Below are positions 1 to 12,979 of a stretch of 64,000 bases of DNA, in pieces. The translations under genes and the position numbers were made by a program. The stretch is from Octopus sinensis (taxonomy: Eukaryota), in the NCBI RefSeq assembly GCF_006345805.1, contig NC_043007.1, positions 20,274,001 through 20,338,000 of the forward strand, in the 5' to 3' direction. Under the pieces are notes generated by a model. It did no database searches. It was not told where the DNA came from and worked only from the letters and a program-made list of their open reading frames with translations. Each line of letters starts with the position of its first letter. Position 1 is the stretch's first letter.

Positions 1-273
1 TGCGGATTGGTCAAAAAGGTATTCTAAAAATTTAGCTTTTTGGAGCATTCTAAGAAGTACAGAAGTTGAAATTTGATGATTACTACGAACGTATCATCAT
101 CATCATCATCATCATCATCATCGTTTAACGTCTGCTTTCCATACTAGCATGGGTTGGACAATTTGACTGAGGACTGGCAAACCAGATGGCTGCATCAGGC
201 CCCAATCTGATCTGGCAGAGTTTCTACAGCTGGATGCCCTTCCTAACGCCAACCACTCCAAGAGTGTAGTGGG

Positions 274-476
274 GCCGTTCAAGAATTTGGACCTGGAGAT
301 CTCCATTTCCAGCGACTTCGAGGTCCACCTCCCAGTGGTGTCGGGTGTTAACGAAGAGCCTTCGACTACAACAAGATGACCAATTTTTTTTTTCCCAGGT
401 CTGGGGTCTCCCGCCCCCTAAGCCCTAGACCATCACCTAATCACCCTTACCCGTCTTGTTGCTTAACAACAACAAC
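274..476 (+). mobile_element. 5'-truncated retroposon with (AAC)n tail inserted into a SINE; second copy about 21720-22027
   Basis: Flanked by the 14-bp direct repeat aagagtgtagtggg (260-273, 477-490); the SINE resumes after it. Confidence 0.8.
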
Positions 477-716
477 AAGAGTGTAGTGGGTGCTTTTACG
501 TGCCACCGGCATGAGGGCCAGTTAGGCAGTACTGGCAACGGCCACGCTCAAATAGCGTTTTTTTACGTGCCACCTGCACAGGAGCCAGTCCAGTGGCACT
601 GGCAACGACCTCGCCCGAATGTATGAAAGCGCTAATTTAAATTTATTTTTTTAATGTTAAAATATCATAATAAAAACCGCAAAAACCAGACCATGTTTTA
701 ACTTTATTCAACTGGT

Positions 717-1945
717 ATATCAGGTCATCCCATAAGTTCTGTCTGAATTTTGAATAAAGCAAACAAGTGATCAAATGTTATATTTAATTGGAATTTGATT
801 ATCAATGAACTTTCCTTGATTATCTGTGACTTTCTTCTATCTATTTACAAGCTTTTTAATCCTATCAATGTAAAACTCTTTCGGTTTCAAAGCGAAGAAC
901 TCTGACATGTCAGTTTTGACTTCCTCCTGGCTTGCAAAAGTTAAGTCCACCAAATGATTCTGTAAACTACGAAACAAATGGTAGTCTGAAGGATCAAGGT
1001 CAGGAGAATAAGGTGGATGAGGAATTTTTTCCCAACCAAGCTCTTCGATCTTCTGTGATGTGATCTTTGCAGTGTGGGGTTGCGCATTGTCCTGATGAAA
1101 CATCACTCCTAAAGTGGGTCTTTTTTTTCTTCAAAGTTTGGTTCAAATGCTCCAATTGTTGACAGTAGACTTGAGCATTGATTGTTGCATTAGGTGGTAA
1201 CAATTCAAAGTGAATTACTCTTTGCAATCCCACCAAATAGAGAGATGAACCATTTTCCCATGACGTTCCCTTCTCGGTTGTGGTTCAGCTTTTTTTTCTT
1301 TTACCAAGCCACAGTTTACGATATTTAACATTTCGATAGAAGATCCATTTTTCATCACCAATCACAAGTCTATCCAAAAAGGGTAAAATGAGTTCACATG
1401 AATGGAGAGAAAAGCAGACACCAACTCAGGATTTGCAGTTGCTTTCGGACAATTCATGAGGCATCCATTTTCCAAGTTTAGGAACCTTTCCAAGTTGTTG
1501 AAGATGACGATGAACAGCTGTATGGTTTGAACTAAGTTTTATTGCCAATTTTCCAACTGATAATGCAAGATTTTCTTCAAGTAATGCCTCAAGGAGTTTA
1601 TCATCAAACTCAACTATAAAGAATCCACCCAGCCAGCTTGCAAGTCCCAGGATTTCAATAAGAATGGCCTGAAGTGAATTACTCTTTGCAATCTCGCCAG
1701 ATAGAGAGAAGAAGCTTTTTCCCATGAAGTTCCCTTCTCGGTTGTGGTTGAGCTTTTTTCCTTTTACCAAGCCACTGTTTACAACATTTAACATTTGATA
1801 GAAGATCCATTTTACATCACCAGTCACAAGTCTATCCAAAAAGGGTGAAATGAGTTCACATGAATGAAGAGAAGAGTAATTCACACAGGCTCTGAAGACT
1901 TCCATCCTGGAATTTAAGATGTTCCTTGGTCGAAGGAGCTCTTTA
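717..1945 (-). mobile_element. Degenerate mariner transposase relic with a duplicated internal segment
   Basis: Translations include LGKWMPHELS, DRLVTGDVKWIFY, FHQDNAQPHTAKIT and WEKIPHPPYSPDLDPSDYHLFRSLQNHL (mariner WVPHEL/YSPDL motifs), broken by frameshifts. Confidence 0.9.
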
Positions 1946-2289
1946 ATATATGACAGGCTTTTACCCTTTTTTGTCTACCAAATTCACTCACAAGGAAGGC
2001 ATAAACTTCCTTGTCTTGATATCACATTATAGTTGTAAATGAGCATCACTGACATGCAAGTGGGAAATAACCCCTTACTTAGAAACAAGAGGTGAGGGTT
2101 AGCAACAGGCATCTGGTTATAGAAAATCTGCCTCAACAAATTCGGTTCAACCCATGCAAGCATGTAAAGATGCTCATTAAAATGAAAAACAATCATGATG
2201 ATGATTCTATGTCCAAATTATGCCAGAAAAAAAATCCCGACACTAGATGTCATGTATCGAGCAATCTATAACCATCACTTTATCATTTA

Positions 2290-2673
2290 ACTAGCAGTAC
2301 CGCTTGGGTTTGTTTCGACCCTTTAGAATTGGAATTTTTAAAAAGTAAAAATTTTGCATTATGTAGCTTGTTATTCTCTTTAAGTGAACATTTTTCTGAT
2401 TGAAATACACTGAAAAATGGTGACACAGCAGTCAAAAAATTGTAAAAAATAGGGATTTTCACAGAAAAAAGCACTGTTTTGATGTAAATAATTTTTGGTG
2501 TTAACATGGTCTGATTTGAATTTTTTCTTCTCCGGAAGGAAGAGCAAGCCTTCTTCTATCATACTCTCAATTTTGGTCAACTTGCGCCGCAGGGTCTCGG
2601 AGGAGATAGTGTTAGTTGAAGGCTACCAAACCTGCCATACACAGATAACTTCAGCTTTATATATATAGAGAGA
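2290..2673 (+). mobile_element. Non-autonomous Helitron/Helentron-like element; copies 32849-33248 (-), 5074-5258 (+), 29246-29628 (-)
   Basis: Shared terminus ACTAGCAGTATCGCCCGGCGTTGCTCGGG with a subterminal hairpin, other end ..ctttatatata(ta)gagat, no TIR or TSD. The Helitron assignment is by resemblance only. Confidence 0.6.
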
Positions 2674-3729
2674 TTTGTCTCAATACTTATAACATTTGCC
2701 AAGATGGAAATGGTAAGATTTTTGCTAAAGAAGTTGATTTGAGCATCATTTCCCATTCTTCAAAGAAGGATAAATATAACATGGAATTTTTCAGTACCAT
2801 CCAAATAACCATAATGTCAGAAAATAAACCCTTTAATGCTGCAGGAGTGAAAGAGAAATAAAGGAAGTATACAAATATACATTTACTTGAATGAGTAAAA
2901 AAAAAAGAAAGAAAAGAAATTATTGTTACAAAATCACAAATTTTAAGTGTGGAAACTTAGTCAACCGTGACTTGGTTGTTCATTTTATTATCTCCATAAA
3001 GATTAAATGAAATTTGTATAGAGATATTAATTGACCCAAGTACTTGACTGATATTTCATCGACCCCAGGAGGATGAAAATTTGAGAATTAGATATTTCGT
3101 ACAGATTCCAATTCTTTTAGGAACGAAATTAACTGCTACTGTAAATCGAAATTAAGTTTTAAGAAATAATAACGAAGTATTTAGTTGCTTCTCGTTCATA
3201 ACCTTACGGAATCAAAAAAAATTACGTTTCTATAGTCTAACTACAGTTATCGCCCTTACATCGTCCCGTCTTAATTTAGGAAACGTTGGAGCATCAAACC
3301 TTAAGGGTCTTTTTAATGCCCTGAATTCGTATCCTGAAGAGATCAACTTTGTCTTTCACTTTTCCAGGTTGATAAACTAAAGTGTCACTCAAATATGTTC
3401 AATAAAAGGCCAATATCTAATTTCATTCGAGAAAGTCTACCAACTTAACGTAGAATCATGACAGGTGGTTATTATATAAAGTTCATTTTTTTAATGCTCT
3501 TTTAGAGATACTCTAAAAAAAAATCTCCACTTAGCTCCTTTTTTCCCTTTTATCAAGGAAACATAGAACTGAATAATATTAACTTATACCTAACGGTCTT
3601 AATGCATATAGCTATCCAGCTGTTTCGTCTCAAAGCTAAAATACCTGTTGTGTGTAAGAAGGTAGACAAATCTTGACAGTTTTCTAATCTGGAGTTTCCT
3701 AGAAAACCCACTGTACATGGTGAATGTAG

Positions 3730-4790
3730 AAACTAAGATCGTTGAATCCAGAAGTTTCTCTTCTGATTTCTCATCCAAATTACAAAGTAATGTTACTCTA
3801 TCGCAAGGTGTTCATCGAAGAATACAGTGAAAGTTCTTGCTTTGTGCTAAGTCAGCATACATCACACAGACGTATGATCAAAGACAATCCGGACACGAAC
3901 GGCTTATTTTGGATATCTGGGACTGCATGGTCCAAAATGTACATTTTTAAAAAAGACAATAGGATACTTGTTATACTATATGCTTTTAAACAGCCCGCGG
4001 AATACGTTGTTTACCAGTCAACCTCCTTGTCGCTCTCAAAATCTGAAGATGTGGGGGTACCCACCAAGGTAGACTGTTTCCAAATCTCTCTCGCCGAAGG
4101 TAATGCAGGGAGGATGGCGATCTTCTTCAAGTTTGGGCTGATGCAGGGCAGTCAGTGGGTGTAATAAGGGCAGCTTCGTCGATAAATTGTACGTAATTAC
4201 TGGATGAGTTGCTCCAGTGTCCCAGGGAGGGACTGTAGTCACTTCAAGTTGAACAGGCTGTTTATTAGTGCAGTATCAGAGGTCACCTTCTTCATCAAGG
4301 CCTATGACCTGGCCCTTACGAATATCATGTTGAAAAAAATGGGGAAGAGAGTCAACGCGAATACGTAGCAGTACTTAATACTATCACGGGCATCTGCGAC
4401 CCCCGGAACTTTCTGAATGGCACACCTTAAGAAAAATTACCTTGAAATTCTTTAGCAGTGCGGCCTGCCTAATGATGTGCCATATTTCATGGGGGCTGCT
4501 TCACGAAAAAGTTTGCACATGCTTGCTTTTAGACTGACTGTTATTCGGAAGGTCCCTAAGAGTTCGTAGTGCCTAACTCGGCTACGCTGAGCTTCAGGGA
4601 GTTGGATGACCATGTTTAGGAATTCGAAGCGTCATCCTAGTCGTTCTATGATTTCCTGCAGACCTTTCCTTCTCACAGTGTCGAACACTTTATTAAAGTC
4701 GACCAAATATCCTCTCTGTTTTGTTCCTTACTTTTCTCTTGGGGTTACTTGAAGACAAATACCACATCGAATTGCCTGAAAACAAATATT
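3730..4790 (-). mobile_element. Decayed RTE-clade LINE reverse-transcriptase fragment
   Basis: Minus-strand reading DVVFVFK*PQEKSKEQN..VDFNKVFDTVRRKGLQEIIERLG and LHQP..PPCITFGERDLETV, co-linear with the RTE ORF; many stops. Confidence 0.7.
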
Positions 4791-7700
4791 ACTTTGCAGC
4801 GTGGAAGGTGTTTATAAGCCATTTAAGAAACACACAAGGCTTATAAACACCTTCCACGCTGCAATTGTTTTCGTTCCAGCACACGATCTCAGATCAAGTC
4901 ACTTGCTATGCAAGTACATCTCCGTAAAATATTACTTTATAACTCCAGAACTATCAATGATAATTATCAAAATAGTTCACAATAAAATAAACTGATGCGA
5001 AGAAACTTTACAATTAGAACATCGAAAGCGAAAGGCACCAAATCCATTTCACTGAGAAAAACATTTATATAAAACTAGCAGTATCGCCCGGCGTTGCTCG
5101 GATTTGTAAGGGAAATAACTATATAAACATTTTTAGAGAGTTACTTCCCTTATATAATAGCGAAAAATGCATTAAAATGGAAAAAAATTATGGTAAATTA
5201 TTTTTTAAATCGTAGACTCATCGTAGACAGACACACAACTTGACTTTTATATATAAAAATATATTCGTTTAAATTTTGATAACTTCAGACGCGATGCTTG
5301 TCGTTGACCAATTAGAAAATAGATTTTTTTTCATTTTTTTTCCTTTCACATTTTCTCCGGACGATTGCGTAGATTTAGTTTTGGGAGATCTTTCGAAATC
5401 TAAGTATTCGAAAATTTTATTTAAAAAAACAAACAAAAACCCATTGTACCACATACACATTCTTTTGTATTTTTATACTTCGTTTATATTTATCTCAAAT
5501 TATTTGATTAGTGATTTTACGGTTTTATTAAATGAAATCTTTATTATGATCAGGACGATCTTACACAGAATGGGACAACACAGGACAAACGAAAAACAAA
5601 AATGTTATACGAGTTCGTAGGATATCATTTAAAAATTTACTAAAATATATTTTATACACGATTGATTTAACCTTAGACTAGAACTTTTTAATTTATTTTT
5701 TAAACACATCAGAAAACAAAGCAAGAAAACGGTTTTATTAAATTCGACATTTACTGGCCTAAGAAATATTTCTCAAAATTTTTGAATGTTTGGATTTTAC
5801 GTACCAAGAACGAATGATCTCTTGTCTTAACGAAAAAACCAGTCATCGAACTAAAATAGCGATTCCCCCTTTTGTTTATTATTAGGAAGTGACTTCTTCG
5901 TGTAAAGGCAAAAAACCGTGATAAAGAAATAAAAAACCGTGATAAGAAGCAAAAGAAAAAACAAAACATTTCTCACCGGATGTGACCCGAGGCTCTCTGC
6001 GAATGTTGACATGACAAATCATCATTTAAACTGACCCTTCTCTCTCTCCGCTCTCTGACTTCACTATTTAACCCAAACAGGTTGGTGCTGGCAATTTATA
6101 TTTATATTAACATATGAAATTACTCTTTTTATTTTCCTAAAACAACCCTTATAGAACCGACACGAATTTCCTTACAGCTCGTTTCTTATATTCTCTTCGT
6201 CTCATGGACAGAAATTTCCTTTGAAGTTTTACCGTTTTCTTCCCCATCTACCTGTCTCTTATTTTCTATTATATTTTATCAGAGATATATATTTTCTTTT
6301 TAATATTATTATTAAATATTCTATAATGTTGGCTTTCCCTGTGCTGCTGCAGAATAAATAAATAAACACCTTATATATTATAATATTAAGAATTATATCT
6401 AAACCAGTCACACCAGCCGCTTTATATTCATAGATTTACGGCTTTCCTTAAATATCTAATGTTTACTTTCCCCCGTTTGTTATAAACCCAGTCAACCAAT
6501 GTAAATATTACAAGAATACGACAATAAACTAGCAATAATTGCACGAAATGTCTAATAATTTATCTATTTCGGTTATCCTTGTTGGTCTTTCTGATCATCT
6601 TTTTCTTGCCATATGTCGTCTTTAACGGCAGATCGATGTTTTCCATATCTGTATTATTAAAAGAAAATAGGAAGAACTGAACCGTTTGTAGACAAATATT
6701 GCTGATTTTAGACATAACCAATTAGGAATAACCGGAAGAATTAAGTTTGAAAAAAAGAGAAGAATTATATTATAGAACATTTCCATGAAATATTTCACAT
6801 GTGATTGTGTTCGATATTCGATTACTTTTCCAATTCACTTTCAGGTAATCCTTTCTAGATGTATTGATTTCGTATTGAAATGTCCTTTACCCTTTTTATT
6901 TCTTCCTAGTCTGTTCTTGGTAGGGATTCAGTGGATCCTTTTGCTGACTGAGAATATATTTTGTGATTGTAAAATTAATTTCATTTAGACATTTTACACA
7001 CCCCGTTAGTTACATTTCCCGTTATCTAAACTTGCCTGTGTATAATCTAGTTTGTGGGACCATTTATTTCTACAGACGAACGATTAAGCTGTCATATTTT
7101 GGTAATTTCCTCGAGTAACATACATCTTATGGAATTAATATATGTGTCTGACATAATTAATAGACATTTCCCATATCCACACAACCGGTCTTCCAAAATG
7201 TATATTTCAACACAGAGCATCTGCACATTTTGTTTACTAATGCACCATACGGTTTAGCAGATCGGGCATAATACAAAAAAATAAGACATGTTATTAAATA
7301 GTTCCGAGTAAGAACATAACCACTAATTCTTTTTGGAATATAAAACCGAAGATTGTTTTTTTAGGGGATGTATTTGCAAAGATCCTTGACTACATAACCT
7401 ATATAGATAGCTCCAACTGGGAATCGAAACAGAACCGATGATTTCAGCTTGACCTTAAATTACTGCCGTGACGTTGGTCAGCTTTATTATATGAAGAAAA
7501 CGACACACATAGAAATGGTTTAATCGCAAAAAATAAACTATTTCAGTGTTTATTATGTGTGTGTGTGTTGGATCTGAGAGAACCAACGTAGCATGAATAT
7601 ACCGGTTGATATTTTAGAAGGATAAACCTTCTTGGAGATTAACATTAATCCTCACATGTGGATATTATAAGTACTAGTAAATTATTATGCTACTGCACAC

Positions 7701-9174
7701 GATCATATTGCAACCCCTACACAACCTGTAGGTTTGTATAAAGCGACGAATATTTCTTGAAATTCGGGAATCAATATAATATATATATTGTCGGTCAAGA
7801 TGTGAGGTGGATCTTGGGATTTAGGGCTGATGGCTAACCTCCTTCCAAAAGAGTTTTAGGGTGCTATATAAGAGATCGATTTTTTGAAATAGATGAAATG
7901 AATATTTATTATACGATCATATTCCCTGCAAGCTGCTAAACCCGTGTCTGTGCGGTTCGGGCGTTTGCTTTGCGATCACGTTTCGGGTTCAGTTCCCCTG
8001 CGCGGCACCTCGAGTAGATATCTTCATCTGTAGCCCTGGGCCAGTCAATGCTTTATGAATAAATTTATTAGACTGACACTACGCAGGAGATATTCTTGTG
8101 TGTCTTTCACTGCTTGGCAATCGGTGTTGGTTAATTTACGTCTCTGTAGCTTAGCAGCCTGACAAAAAAACTGATAAATACCCAACAGGAGTCGATTTGA
8201 TCGCCTTAATCTCTTCAAGATGTTGGTTTGTCGGCGAAAGTAAAGAATACGTACACCTGGTGTCTAGGGTTAGGGGTTTTGTTACGCCGAAAACGGGTGG
8301 TCTACGCATTCTTTACCTCCCCCGGTTTGTCTACGTCTCTATAAACTTAACGATTCGGCGATAGAGACCGATAGAATAAGTACAATACTTTAAATAAACT
8401 GTCCAAGGCGTTAGTTTGTTTACTTCCCCGTGACTTAGCGGTTCGGCAATAGATACCGGTTAAATAAGTACCAGACTTTAAAATAATGTGTACTGGGGGG
8501 GGGGGGTCGATTTGTTCCACTAAAGCTTTCAAGGTGGTGCCACAGCATGGCCGCAATCCAGTGACTGAGACAAGTAAAAGAATAACGGCACATCTACATA
8601 GTGATATGTTATATTTTTTTAAAGGTGTAAAATAATGAAGGCAGCAAAAATGAAAAAGAAAAGAAAGGACTTTGATTTGTAATTCGATAATTATTGCTTT
8701 GCTTTTTATTTCAACCGAAAGACCTTCAGTGTCACATACGTGAGACACAAATGTCGAATGAGTTTACTTTCTCAGGACAGCATTCATTTTAAAGAAGTAT
8801 ATCTGGTGACCTGGCATACTTTCAGTTGTGAGAATGTGTGAAAACAATAGCTAAGAATTTATAATAGAAAACATCTGTTAGTTTTTTTTAATTTCTTTTT
8901 TTTTTTTTTGCCGTACAGGTTGTTAATTTGACCAGCTTTGAAGTTAGTTTTCTAAGGTTTCTGTAATGCATATATTGTTGTTGTAGCCCCCAAGTCGGTC
9001 ATGATTGAGTGGCCAAGGGCTTTGCAGTAAATGACCTTGACATTAAATCTATTTGTTGTATGTCTCGGACTGTGACGTGACTTAACTGACATCACTGCTA
9101 TGTCTTGCAGGCCAAACAAAACCTAATATTGAAGTGGAGCTGGGAAGCGGGGGATCTGTACAACGGTGATGGTG

Positions 9175-9210
<36 letters not shown>

Positions 9211-10420
9211 GTAAAAATAAGTCTTTCTAATTTTGACACAAGGTCAGCAATTTCGAGGAGAGAAGGCCGAGTCAATCATATCACTCCCCTCTCTACTTAA
9301 TTGGTACTTTATTTTATTGACCTGAAAAAGATGAAAGGCAAAGTTGACCTGGGTGGGATTAGAACTCGGGACACGGTCAGAAGAAATGCTGTTACCCAAC
9401 ACGCTAACGATTCTGCCAGCTTGTTGCCTTAATGATAGTAATCCTTTCTGCTATAGGCATGGGGCCTCAAATTTACGGGGCAGGGGCAACTTGATTACAT
9501 TGACTCTGGTCTTCAACTGATATTTATTTTGTTGATCACAAAAGGAGAAAAGGCAAAGTCGATTGACCGTGACAGAATTCAAATTCAGAATGTAACAATG
9601 GATTAAATTCCACTTAGCGTTTTGTCTGGCATGCTAACAATTCAGCCAGCCCACCAGAAATTATCATCATCATCATTAAAGGCACCATTCGAGTGTGATC
9701 GTTACCAGCGTCACCTTACTGGCACTTGTGCCCTGTGCTAGTAGGGTGCCAAGAGCGCCATCTGAGCGTGATCGTTGCCAGAGTAGGGTGCCAAGAGCGC
9801 CATCTGAGCATGATCGTTGCCAGAGCGGCTGACTGGCTTCCGTGCTGGTGGCATGTAAGAGGCACCTTTCGAGCGGGATCGTTACCAGCATCACCTTACT
9901 GGCACCTGTGCCCTTGGCATGTGTAAAAACATTCGAGTGAGGTCGTTGCCAGTACCACCAGACTGGCCCTTGTGCCAGTGGCACGTAAAAGCACCCACTA
10001 CACTCTTGGAGTGGTTGGTGTTAGGAAGGGCATCCAGCTGTAGAAACTCTGCCAGATCAAGACTGGAGCCTGGTTTGCCAGTCCTCAGTCAAACCGTCCA
10101 ACCCATGCTAGCATGGAAAGCGGACGTTAAACGATGATGATGATCATCATCATTATTATTAATAAAGATGATAATTTCTTGTATATGCAATTAGAATATT
10201 GAGTGTAGGAGACATAAAGACTGCTTTTACATAAAAAAATAAAAATTTACACAAAATGAAATTAAAAAAAAAGATAAAAATAGGGAGTAAATTCTGGACA
10301 CAGATTGAATGCTTGCAGAATGGCTTCAACCCACTGCAAATATCTTGGACAGACCCATCTCATGGCTCTTCTGCATGTGCAGAGTTTATCTCAAACTGGT
10401 AGTTACCTTCAATAGCACAA

Positions 10421-10877
10421 TATTTACATTATTTACACTTGACAGATATTTGTCCTCATCTTGTTTGTTGTTAGCACGTTTCAGCTTCATCAGGTGTCTT
10501 GAGGAAATTTCGAACCTGAGTTCTCATTCCTAAGGTATTTTTTGATGTTGTTGTTATTATTCAGGCCTGGAATTGAACTCGGAACCTTGGGGTTAGTAGC
10601 CCATGCTCTTAACCACTACGCCATATGCCTGTAGTGGTTAAGAGCATTCTGAGTTCGATTCCAGGCAGTGACCTGAATAATAATAATAATAATAATAATG
10701 ATAATAATAACATCAAAAAATATCTTAGGAATGAGAACCCAGGTTCAAAATTTCCCTAAGACACCTGATGAAGGCTGGAGGGTACATCAGCCGAAATATT
10801 GCGTTGACAACAAACAAGATGAGGACAAATATCCATCAAATGTAAATAATTCCTCATCTCTTAAATACAGAACTGTA
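10421..10877. mobile_element. Head-to-head dimer of a tRNA-headed element with a hammerhead-like body, 13-bp TSD
   Basis: A/B boxes (tagtggttaaga, gagttcgattcc) in both arms; arms are reverse complements over about 200 bp; ttcaatagcacaa at 10408-10420 and 10878-10890. Confidence 0.8.
10760..10806 (+). ncRNA. Minimal type I hammerhead ribozyme motif (Penelope-type), probably decayed
   Basis: gacac-CTGATGA-a-ggctg(10 nt)cagcc-GAAA-tat-t-gcgtt: intact core, 5-bp stem II, palindromic stem III, stem I with one mismatch. Confidence 0.6.
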
Positions 10878-12471
10878 TTCAATAGCACAAACCAAAGATT
10901 TTTGGAAGTTATTCTGAATTTCTGGCCTGAAAGTTCTCTGGAACTGACCTACCAGTTCATTATTGTTGATATCTAGAACTTCTTTCTAATCTTCTAAATA
11001 TTACTAGCATGGAACTTCCACCAGGAGATGGTGAGTGTTTGACATCATTCCAGATGTCAGGAACCCAGTCTGATCTTTGCTTGATGCAGGATTACTTCTC
11101 TGTCAAAAAGATGAGCTACTGGAAAGATGTGCCTTACAATCAGGGGCTGCACCTGTTCACCATCCAGGAAATTTTATACATGCCATAGCCTCAGTACATG
11201 GTTTGCACATCAACAGTTGCAATAATTTAGATCCCATCTCCATGTGGAGAGTATTAGCAACAGGTGAACTGCCTGACCAACAGACTGCATCCTTTCCACA
11301 AAAAGCAGAAGAATAGATGGTCTAATCTGGTTAGATGTGCAGCAGGATATGTAGCAAAAGATGTTGAGGTAGCAGATGAAATAGGCATGTGGATGATATC
11401 AAAGGAAAACAATGGGAAAGCATCGGATTGTGGTTTAAATAATTTGTTTAATTGACACTTGTATTTACGTGTTGTGTACACAAGGAAAGCCACTACATGA
11501 CATTACCAGCTTGCTTCGAGTCAGTGAAGTAAAAAATGAACAGGAAAAATACTGTGTCGATGTGATGAGGTAGAACCGGGCATGTTTTGTGTCTGTGTGT
11601 GTATTGGTCATTCGGTCGGGTCTGTTTATGTTCGGCTACTGTAAATATGTGGCTCTCTGTTGTCTGCTGTCTCTTGACCATTTGCCTGTTGATGGCTATC
11701 TAAAGTCTCTGACTGGCTATCTATGGTCAGTTGGCACAACAGATTGGGAGACAAATTGTGCCAATACCAACCAATTGATGTAGTGGATGCAACAGGATAC
11801 AAACAGTGGCCTGTTGGTCCCTGCTACATTCGAATGCACATATATATAGAGTCTACGCTACAAATGAAATCTGTGTCATGATGTAAACTATGACAAAGCA
11901 GCCTTTTTTAATGTATGCTTCATTAAATAACATGACCATATTCAAGTTTTATCTTTTATTTTTCATATTTTCATACTTATTAGTTGGTTTGAATCAATAG
12001 TGTTCCTAAATCCATATCTAACATTTCTAGGTCATCAGTTTCATTATCTAGAATTCAATTGACTATACCTGGTATTTGTTTTGTTTCTTATATATTCGTT
12101 GCATTCAGGTAGACTTTCCCGCCAAAAGTTTATTGATCATCAGCATTGTGCCTCAGCAGCCACATATTGATTTGTTCAGGCATAATACTAACAGTCAATA
12201 AACCTTTGGCGGGAAGGTCGACATGAATTTAATCAGTGAAAAAAAGAAACAATACAAACATCAAATATACTCAGTTCAGTTCTTCGTAATAAAACTGTGA
12301 AGGTCTGAAAGCATCAGATGTAGAAACATTGCCAGATCAGACTGGGCCTGGTGCAGCCTTCTGGTTTCCCAGACCCCAGTTGAACCGTCCAACCCATGCT
12401 AGCATGGAAAGCGGATGTTAAACGATTATGATGTTGATGATATATATGTATGCATGCACAATATATATAAT

Positions 12472-12505
<34 letters not shown>

Positions 12506-12979
12506 TGGGACCCATTCCAGTGGAATGTTAAAAGCACCATTCGAACATGATCGTTGCCAGTGTCGCCTGGTTGGCTCCTGTGCTGGTTGCATGTAAAAAA
12601 TACCATCCGAGTATGGTCGTTGCCAGTGCCGCTGGACTGGTTCCAGTGCAGATGGCACGTAAAAAGCACCATTTGAGTGTGGTCGATGCCAGTACCACCT
12701 GACTGACCCTCGTGCTGGTGACACGTAAAAGCACCCACTACACTCTGAGTGGTTGGCGTTAGGAAGGGCATCCAGCTGTAGAGACTTTGCCGGATTAGAT
12801 TGGAGCCTGGTGCAGCCTTCTGGCTCACCAGTCCTCAGTCAAACCGTCCAACCCATGCCAGCAAGGAAAGCGGACGTTAAACGACAATGATGGTGATGAT
12901 GATCTGTGTATACATGATCACTTGTTTCAGCCAGTGGCTGTGGGCCTTACTGGTTACTGCTGTTGGGGTTGATTATTAG

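Noticed and set aside
4748-4774. Apparent 27-nt minus-strand exon encoding AIRCGICLQ (RING-like CxxC)
   Set aside because: Another frame reads DVVFVFK*PQEKSKEQ, which continues the decayed RTE reverse transcriptase; no further RING exon was found.
9112-9165. Exon-like stretch cttgcag|gccaaacaaaacc..caacg|gtgatg
   Set aside because: Weak donor running into a (GGT)/(AGT) microsatellite; no partner exons or recognisable product.
10980-11830. Short ORFs in moderately GC-rich unique-looking sequence
   Set aside because: No splice-consistent model or recognisable motif; probably a decayed retroelement that I cannot classify.
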